NCBI GenBank assembly: GCA_041674405.1
Contig: JBAYVT010000004.1
Span: 119,611-151,610, forward strand
DNA length: 32,000 nucleotides
Source of the DNA: Patescibacteria group bacterium
GTDB lineage: Bacteria > Patescibacteriota > UBA1384 > XYA2-FULL-43-10
Reading direction: 5' to 3'
The notes under the pieces were generated by a model. That model searched no databases and was not told where the DNA came from. It saw nothing but the letters and a program-made list of their open reading frames with translations. The first letter of the stretch is position 1. Each line of letters starts with the position of its first letter. The translations under genes were made by a program, and so were the position numbers. Positions 26,946 through 32,000 of this stretch are shown piece after piece.

Positions 26946-27464
26946 TTAGATAACTATACTTTTATCCAATTCCATCGCTGGGGTCTTGATCACCTCAAAA
27001 TCATCCTCGATTGTCATGCGTTTTCCCTCAAGTTTGACTACTGCATCCCGGCTTATTATTCGATCATTAAAGATTGATTTCACATAAAATTTTTCGATAG
27101 CGCCTGTTTCGTTGTGAAAGGTGTAGTCATAAACTTTTCCAATCAATTTGCCGGATTTTGTTCTGACGATCTGTCCGACACCAAACATTCGGTCTTTAAT
27201 CGCTTCAAAAACGCGAATTGATTCTTTGATTGGCACGGGGGAATTGTCATCGACAACCAGCACAGAACCTGAAGTAAATTCCTGAATGTCCGAGACGCTA
27301 ATTGCTTTTTTTTCATCGAAAAAGAATGCTCCCTCACGCATGATGACGGCTTTGACTGAGAGATCGCTTTTTTGAATTACAATATCCAAAACTCGGCCAA
27401 GCTTTTGGTAGCCTCGCATTTCATAAACAGGAGAATGGAGTATTTGAGTGTACCTAACAATCAC
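26946..27464 (-). CDS. PRC-barrel domain protein (tandem PRC-barrel-like modules)
   Basis: VYEMRGYQKLGRVLDIVIQKSDLSVKAVIM...FGVGQIVRTKSGKLIGKVYDYTFHNETGAIEKFYV; GTG start at 27464 after CGGAGGG. The ORF track start at 27491 precedes the Shine-Dalgarno. Confidence 0.8.
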   Translation of the reverse strand: MIVRYTQILHSPVYEMRGYQKLGRVLDIVIQKSDLSVKAVIMREGAFFFDEKKAISVSDIQEFTSGSVLVVDDNSPVPIKESIRVFEAIKDRMFGVGQIVRTKSGKLIGKVYDYTFHNETGAIEKFYVKSIFNDRIISRDAVVKLEGKRMTIEDDFEVIKTPAMELDKSIVI

Positions 27465-27485
27465 GTTCCCTCCGGGAATGACGAA

Positions 27486-27585
27486 TTTCAAATTTCAAAC
27501 AAAATGTTTAATGACCAAATTTTTGAACTTCTAATTTGTCATTTTATTTGTCATTTGTCATTCGGATTTTGATATTAGAAAGAGA
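27486..27585. repeat. Remnant of a degenerate AT-rich intergenic repeat family
   Basis: Minus strand gaatgacaaatgacaaataaaatgacaaattag...tttggtcattaaacattttgtttgaaatttgaaattcg. Confidence 0.55.
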
Positions 27586-28143
27586 TTAGCCTCTTTCAAC
27601 ATAGCTTCCATCACGTGTATCTACTACAATTATATCACCAACATTGATAAAAAGTGGAGTATCAACGGAATTTCCGGTTTCAATAGTAACTTTTTTTGTC
27701 GCAGCGCCGGCGGTGTTGCCCCGAACAGAGGGCGGAGCTTCGGTCACCGCAAATTTGAGTTTGATTGGCAGGTCAATATTTATTGGAGAGCCATTAAAAT
27801 AGAGAATATCAACTTCTGAATTTTCGCTCATAAAATGAATCTGGTTGCCAATTTGGGGAAGTGCGATCGTAAATTGATCATAGGTTGAATTATCCATAAA
27901 ATTGGCATTGGAATCATCTGCATAGAGAAAAGTCGCTTTTTTCTTTTCGAGGTTGGCTTCATCTAATTTTTCAGCGCCCTGAAATGTTTTATCAAGCACG
28001 GCGCCGGATTTTAGGTTTTTGATTTTAATTTTAACGACCGATCCACCTCTGCCCATTTTTGATTGGGAGTATGACAAAACCTCATAAGGATCGCCCATAT
28101 ATGTAAGTTTGGTACCAGATTTTAGATCTGTAATTGAAAGCAT
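27586..28143 (-). CDS. efp: Elongation factor P
   Basis: LSITDLKSGTKLTYMGDPYEVLSYSQSKMGRGGSVVKIKIKNLKSGAVLDKTF...; ends GDIIVVDTRDGSYVERG. Confidence 0.95.
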   Translation of the reverse strand: MLSITDLKSGTKLTYMGDPYEVLSYSQSKMGRGGSVVKIKIKNLKSGAVLDKTFQGAEKLDEANLEKKKATFLYADDSNANFMDNSTYDQFTIALPQIGNQIHFMSENSEVDILYFNGSPINIDLPIKLKFAVTEAPPSVRGNTAGAATKKVTIETGNSVDTPLFINVGDIIVVDTRDGSYVERG

Positions 28144-28215
28144 AGCTTGATATCAAGTATAAAGTAACATGTATCAATCTTGATTCTTGATACTTAATTC
28201 TTGATCCTGGTTGAA

Positions 28216-28440
28216 TTATTTAATTGTAAATGGTAGCAGTGCCAAATGTCTTGCGCGTTTGATGGCAACTGTCATCCAGCGCTGATGCTTGGCGCAATTG
28301 CCGTTTCTGCCGGCGGAATCAATTTTATTCCATCGGTTGAGATAACGAGAAAGAGTAGCAACATCTTTGTAATCGATCTCGGCTACCTTGGCTTTGCAAA
28401 AATTACATTTTTTTCTCATTGGTCTGAAGTCTTTTGCCAT
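28216..28440 (-). CDS. rpsR: 30S ribosomal protein S18
   Basis: RKKCNFCKAKVAEIDYKDVATLSRYLNRWNKID...KHQRWMTVAIKRARHLALLPFTIK. Confidence 0.96.
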   Translation of the reverse strand: MAKDFRPMRKKCNFCKAKVAEIDYKDVATLSRYLNRWNKIDSAGRNGNCAKHQRWMTVAIKRARHLALLPFTIK

Positions 28441-28451
28441 TTGTTTCCTTT

Positions 28452-28484
28452 AGCTTCTAGCTGTCAGCTTCTAGCTGTCAGCTT
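28452..28484. repeat. Short tandem repeat, AGCTTCTAGCTGTC x2.4
   Basis: Units at 28452-28465 and 28466-28479, partial unit at 28480-28484, between rpsR and ssb. Confidence 0.75.
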
Positions 28485-28535
28485 ATCTTGTTATTTTTTA
28501 TGCTCTGCAAGCTCGACAGCTGATCGCTGCAAGCT

Positions 28536-29024
28536 TTAGAATGGTATCTCTTCTATGTCGATTTCTTCCATATCGTCTGCTGAATTTGCTGGCTTGTCTG
28601 CCTTGCCTTTGCTGTCAGACGGTGCGATGTCATCTACAGGGTTTGAATCCTTGGGCACATAAGTGCTTCCATCTCCGCGGCTGGAAAGTGCAATTACCAG
28701 GTCGGCGATGATCTCTGTTTTGTATCTTTTTACGCCATCTTGCCCTTCCCAGTTTCTGGTTTGAAGGCGGCCTTCAACATAAGCGGGGGCACCTTTCTTC
28801 AAAATCTGTGTTAGGTTTTCGGCTTGTTTACCCCAGACGACGATGTCATGGTATTCGGTAGCTTCACCAGCTTCGCCATCCTTACTGGTCCAGCGCCTAT
28901 TTGTTGCTACAGTAAAGTTTGTTACTGCTTGGCCATTTGGCGTGTATCTCATCTCTGGATCGCGTGTTAAATTTCCAATAATCTGTGCTCGATTTAGATT
29001 TAACATTTTATCCTCCCACCGCAT
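28536..29024 (-). CDS. ssb: Single-stranded DNA-binding protein
   Basis: NRAQIIGNLTRDPEMRYTPNGQAVTNFTVATNRRW...EYHDIVVWGKQAE...YVEGRLQTRNWEGQDGVKRYKTEIIA; acidic IPF tail. Likely start MLNLNRAQ a few codons in. Confidence 0.96.
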   Translation of the reverse strand: MRWEDKMLNLNRAQIIGNLTRDPEMRYTPNGQAVTNFTVATNRRWTSKDGEAGEATEYHDIVVWGKQAENLTQILKKGAPAYVEGRLQTRNWEGQDGVKRYKTEIIADLVIALSSRGDGSTYVPKDSNPVDDIAPSDSKGKADKPANSADDMEEIDIEEIPF

Positions 29025-29036
29025 TGCGGTTAATAA

Positions 29037-29867
29037 TTAGAGGTCGTCGCCGAGAATGTCGTCGAGCTCTTTATCGAGCTTGGCGAGCCTATCGGCTTCA
29101 TCTTCTACATTATCACTTTTTACCGCTTTTGTTTTAACTTTTCCGACCGCGGCTTCGGCCTTGGCCGAGACGGGTGGTTTGTCGGATGTCTTGGTAGAAG
29201 CTGTTTTGGCCGTAGGTTTTTTCGGAGTTTCTTTCTTTATTTTCTTCTCTTCTTTTTTAACCTCTCCCGCTTCCTCTTTCACTTCCTCTGTTTTTTTTGC
29301 GCGAGGCTTTCGTGCCTTTTTCTCTTCAGCCTTCACTTCCTCTTTAACTTTCAGCTCTTCTGCAGGCTTTTCTTCGGCTGCTTCTTCCGCTGGCAATTCT
29401 TCCTCTGTCTTGGTTTCTTCCGATTCCTCTTCAATTTTTTCTTCATCGCGCTTAGCCATGAGGTCGTAACTTTCTTCGGTTTCGCCCTCAATTGCCTCAA
29501 AGCTCTTCTCACCGCCGACAACTTCCTCAATTTCTTCTGTTTCGGCAATATCCTCAGCAGTCAAAGTGAGTTCTTCTTTGCCAAAGTCGCGCACGATTGT
29601 TAAATGCCGCAAAATTTCCGGTGCATGCATAATATCTTTTTCAATCTCGCGCAAATTCTCGGGTTCAAGCTCAAAATTGAGAGTAATGTAGGTTGCAAAC
29701 TGCTGCTTCTTTATTGGATAGGCAAGTTTGCGTCTGCCCCAACTCTCTTCCTTAAGCACTTTTCCTTTGGCATCGGCAATATAGCCGTTCACCTTGCCGG
29801 ACACCTTGTTGATGTCTCCCTCTGGAACATCATCAGAAATCAAATACGTAAGCTCGTATTGTCGCAT
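29037..29867 (-). CDS. rpsF: 30S ribosomal protein S6 with a long charged C-terminal extension
   Basis: MRQYELTYLISDDVPEGDINKVSGKVNGYI...WGRRKLAYPIKKQQFATYITLNFELEPENLREIEKDIMHAPEILRHLTIV (S6), then about 170 aa of Glu/Lys-rich low-complexity sequence. Confidence 0.94.
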   Translation of the reverse strand: MRQYELTYLISDDVPEGDINKVSGKVNGYIADAKGKVLKEESWGRRKLAYPIKKQQFATYITLNFELEPENLREIEKDIMHAPEILRHLTIVRDFGKEELTLTAEDIAETEEIEEVVGGEKSFEAIEGETEESYDLMAKRDEEKIEEESEETKTEEELPAEEAAEEKPAEELKVKEEVKAEEKKARKPRAKKTEEVKEEAGEVKKEEKKIKKETPKKPTAKTASTKTSDKPPVSAKAEAAVGKVKTKAVKSDNVEDEADRLAKLDKELDDILGDDL

Positions 29868-29965
29868 AAATCTCCTTGTTTCTATCGCTTTCTTGGCACC
29901 CTTGATCCCATGAGATGGGAGGGTTCCCCTAAGGGGAAAAAGCTGTGTTGTTAAGAACAGATGTT

Positions 29966-30019
29966 CGCCATGAACTTCCTAGGATCCCGTCCGATCCCTC
30001 CACTCGAAAGTTCATGGCG
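29966..30019 (-). promoter_or_regulatory. Structured leader of the rpsF-ssb-rpsR operon
   Basis: Perfect 12-bp inverted repeat CGCCATGAACTT (29966-29977) / AAGTTCATGGCG (30008-30019) with nested GGATC/GATCC, between the promoter and rpsF. Confidence 0.6.
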
Positions 30020-30046
30020 CCTTATCCGTTCTCGATAAGCATGCTC

Positions 30047-30075
30047 ATACTAGCAAGTTTGATCGTGTTTGTCAA
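30047..30075 (-). promoter_or_regulatory. Sigma70-like promoter of the rpsF operon
   Basis: Minus strand TTGACA-N17-TAGTAT (revcomp of 30070-30075 and 30047-30052). Confidence 0.75.
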
Positions 30076-30093
30076 TGCTTTAGCGGAGATATT

Positions 30094-31140
30094 TTATGTA
30101 ACAAAATTTTCATGGTGAGCGAGGATTTTTTTCATTTCAATGTCAATATCGCCGCCATCGATCAGCGATTTGGCAGCTGCGAGATAGGGAAATTGCTCGG
30201 CAATCATTTTCTTCGGCATCTTCTTATGTACGGCCGAATAAATCGAGCTTACATTTGTAATGCATTCGGAAACGCCTTCGGTAACCTTCTTTCTTGATTC
30301 CTCAAGGCTAAATTTCTTGCCCATGAAGTGCCCGAGGGCGAAGTTGCGGCTTGAGTCAGATTCGCAGAGCTTAAGGTCAGCTTCGATGATGCGAAAAACC
30401 TTGGATCCGATGCGATGGATTTCCTTTGATGCACCCAATTCTCGCGCCAGCAGTTTAGCTTCCTGTCCGATGGCAGAAAAAGTAATTGCAATCGTGGAGA
30501 CCGGTGGTTTACGATGCATCATACGCTCGAAATAGCCGTATACAAAACCCTGTTCGAATGAAGCGATCGTGCGTAGCGCATTGTGAATGTTGACGCCAAA
30601 AACATCGCTTGAGCAGGTCGGCCAGATATTTGAACCAGAGAAAAGTTTTGCGAAATCATATGCTACAGATTTGTTTCTTGGGTGATGGACGACGATCATG
30701 CCAGCAGGAGCCTTGTCGGCGAGATCTTTGGCAAATCCAGCTCCGGTGAATTGGATAACCCGCGCCTTTGGATATACTTTACGCGCGACGTCGGTAGGGG
30801 TGGTGAGATCGGGAAGCATGCCTTTTTGAATCAAAACTAACGTGGAATGGTTGGAATAATTTAGCCGCTCAAGCGTACCGGCAATCCCGCTCATCGAGCT
30901 TGAAATAATCACAAAATCATAATTTTTCGAGTTCAGCTTAGGCTCAAGCGATAATTTCAGATTTTTTGGGAATTTGTGGTTGGCAAGGAAGGGATAGCGA
31001 TCACTTTTTCCGATTTTTTGCCAATGTTTGATCAAATTTTTGTCAATATCCCAAAGCGTAATATCGTGCCTGTTGCGTGCAAGTACAAGTGCAAGTGCTG
31101 TACCGAATCCTCCCGCCCCCATAATGGCAATTTTTTTCAT
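30094..31140 (-). CDS. gpsA: NAD(P)-dependent glycerol-3-phosphate dehydrogenase
   Basis: MKKIAIMGAGGFGTALALVLARNRHDITLW...FVIISSSMSGI...FTGAGFAKDLADKAPAGMIVV...NIHNALRTIASFEQGF...ALGHFMGK. Confidence 0.85.
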   Translation of the reverse strand: MKKIAIMGAGGFGTALALVLARNRHDITLWDIDKNLIKHWQKIGKSDRYPFLANHKFPKNLKLSLEPKLNSKNYDFVIISSSMSGIAGTLERLNYSNHSTLVLIQKGMLPDLTTPTDVARKVYPKARVIQFTGAGFAKDLADKAPAGMIVVHHPRNKSVAYDFAKLFSGSNIWPTCSSDVFGVNIHNALRTIASFEQGFVYGYFERMMHRKPPVSTIAITFSAIGQEAKLLARELGASKEIHRIGSKVFRIIEADLKLCESDSSRNFALGHFMGKKFSLEESRKKVTEGVSECITNVSSIYSAVHKKMPKKMIAEQFPYLAAAKSLIDGGDIDIEMKKILAHHENFVT

Positions 31141-31194
31141 GAGTTTATAATACTTGTTAATTATTGCTGTGTAAACGCGAGCTGAAACACGAGA

Positions 31195-31216
31195 CCCCAG
31201 CCGGGGATGGCTGGGG
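31195..31216 (-). terminator. Strong GC hairpin downstream of the edge gene, probable terminator
   Basis: CCCCAGCC GGGGAT GGCTGGGG: 8-bp perfect stem; only a weak T-tract follows. Confidence 0.5.
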
Positions 31217-31247
31217 CTCGAATCTTGAAGCGTAGAGCGGGGATGCC

Positions 31248-32000
31248 CTAAGCGCTGAGTAATGCTACTATGTCCAGTTCGTCGGTGTCGACGAAGATCT
31301 CTGCCTCGCTGACTTCGGAGGGTTCGGGGACGAAACCAAGCTTGTCGCCAAGCTCGGCGTAATACTTCATGTCAGCCAGCCTGACTTTGGCTCCTCTTGA
31401 GGCGTGTTCGGCAGCGCCCTCGAGGTCGTACGCATCCATAATGGTCTCCACCACGCAGGCAGGAACCCTAGGATTACCATCTTCGTCGTACCCGAAATGC
31501 CAGTTGACTCCACTCTTGATCTGCTCCCCCTCTTTGTGCGGTAGCTTCACCGGGCCGCAGCACACGAGTCTGAAGTCCATTTCGGGATGTTCCTTGAGAA
31601 TCCTGCGGTCGAAGTTGGCCGGGGTAGCCGTATCGATGAATACGGTGCCAGGCTTGTAGTTCAGGCAGTTCTCAAGGGTGATGATGGGCTTGTCGGAGTT
31701 GGTGACGAGTATGACGATGTCGGCATCGAACCCGTCTCGGGGATCGGTAGAGATGCGGGTGGTTTTGGCAAAACCACGTAGCTTCTCTTCGTTGCGGCCT
31801 ATGGCAGTCACCTGCGCGCAGACCGATTCCAGGTAGGTCGTTGTGATCCGGCCGATAAAGCCGGAGGCGCCATAAATGGCAGCCTTAGCCATGTTCAGAG
31901 GCACCCTGGTTTTTTGCCCGGCGGCGCGTACTGTAGTGACAGAGGTGTATGCCGCGCCGTTCTCAATGGTACTGCCCAGGTTGCGTTTGTTGGTCCATGC
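31248..32000 (-). CDS. NAD(P)-binding Rossmann protein, shikimate dehydrogenase / acyl-ACP reductase-like, 5' end truncated by window edge
   Basis: The frame stays open upstream of the track start (31904): AWTNKRNLGSTIENGAAYTSVTTVRAAGQKTRVPLNMAKAAIYGASGFIGRITTTYLESVCAQVTAIGRNEEKLRGF...FDADIVILVTNSDKPIITLENCLNYKPGTVFIDTATPANFDR. Confidence 0.6.
   Translation of the reverse strand, partial: AWTNKRNLGSTIENGAAYTSVTTVRAAGQKTRVPLNMAKAAIYGASGFIGRITTTYLESVCAQVTAIGRNEEKLRGFAKTTRISTDPRDGFDADIVILVTNSDKPIITLENCLNYKPGTVFIDTATPANFDRRILKEHPEMDFRLVCCGPVKLPHKEGEQIKSGVNWHFGYDEDGNPRVPACVVETIMDAYDLEGAAEHASRGAKVRLADMKYYAELGDKLGFVPEPSEVSEAEIFVDTDELDIVALLSA

Noticed and set aside
29056-29548. Ser-rich plus-strand ORF (29056..29469) and Lys/Arg-rich ORF (29351..29548)
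   Set aside because: They are complement and frame-shifted readings of the low-complexity S6 tail.
31195-31230. tRNA-like GGGGCTCGAATC string
   Set aside because: It resembles a T-arm, but no acceptor or anticodon stems could be assembled. It is better explained as the terminator-like hairpin CCCCAGCC/GGCTGGGG.

Overview
The window looks like a chromosomal segment of a Patescibacteria/CPR-like bacterium, at roughly 40% GC by hand-counting sample lines. From left to right it contains: a LarA/DUF2088-like gene cut by the window edge; an exopolysaccharide locus (two GT2 glycosyltransferases, a Wzx-type flippase, a secreted FG-GAP-repeat protein, a TPR protein, three consecutive O-antigen ligase/polymerase-like proteins and a GT4-type glycosyltransferase); a GC-rich (about 60%) minus-strand operon with three putative lipoproteins and a 34-aa membrane peptide, with its own promoter and terminator; a divergent HppA-like membrane protein that appears to lack the pyrophosphatase catalytic residues; DUF3006 and VanW proteins; a GC-rich structured non-coding stretch; a P-type cation ATPase; GNAT, pyrG and a nucleotidyltransferase; groES-groEL; a PRC-barrel protein; efp; rpsR-ssb-rpsF; gpsA; and a GC-rich NAD(P)-binding protein open at the right edge. 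The best candidates for something undescribed are the lipoprotein operon, the apparently inactive HppA-like protein, the structured intergenic region at 18.28-18.78 kb, a likely ATT-initiated TPR protein, and repeat-derived peptide insertions in unrelated proteins. All homology calls come from recognising motifs by eye; no search was run.
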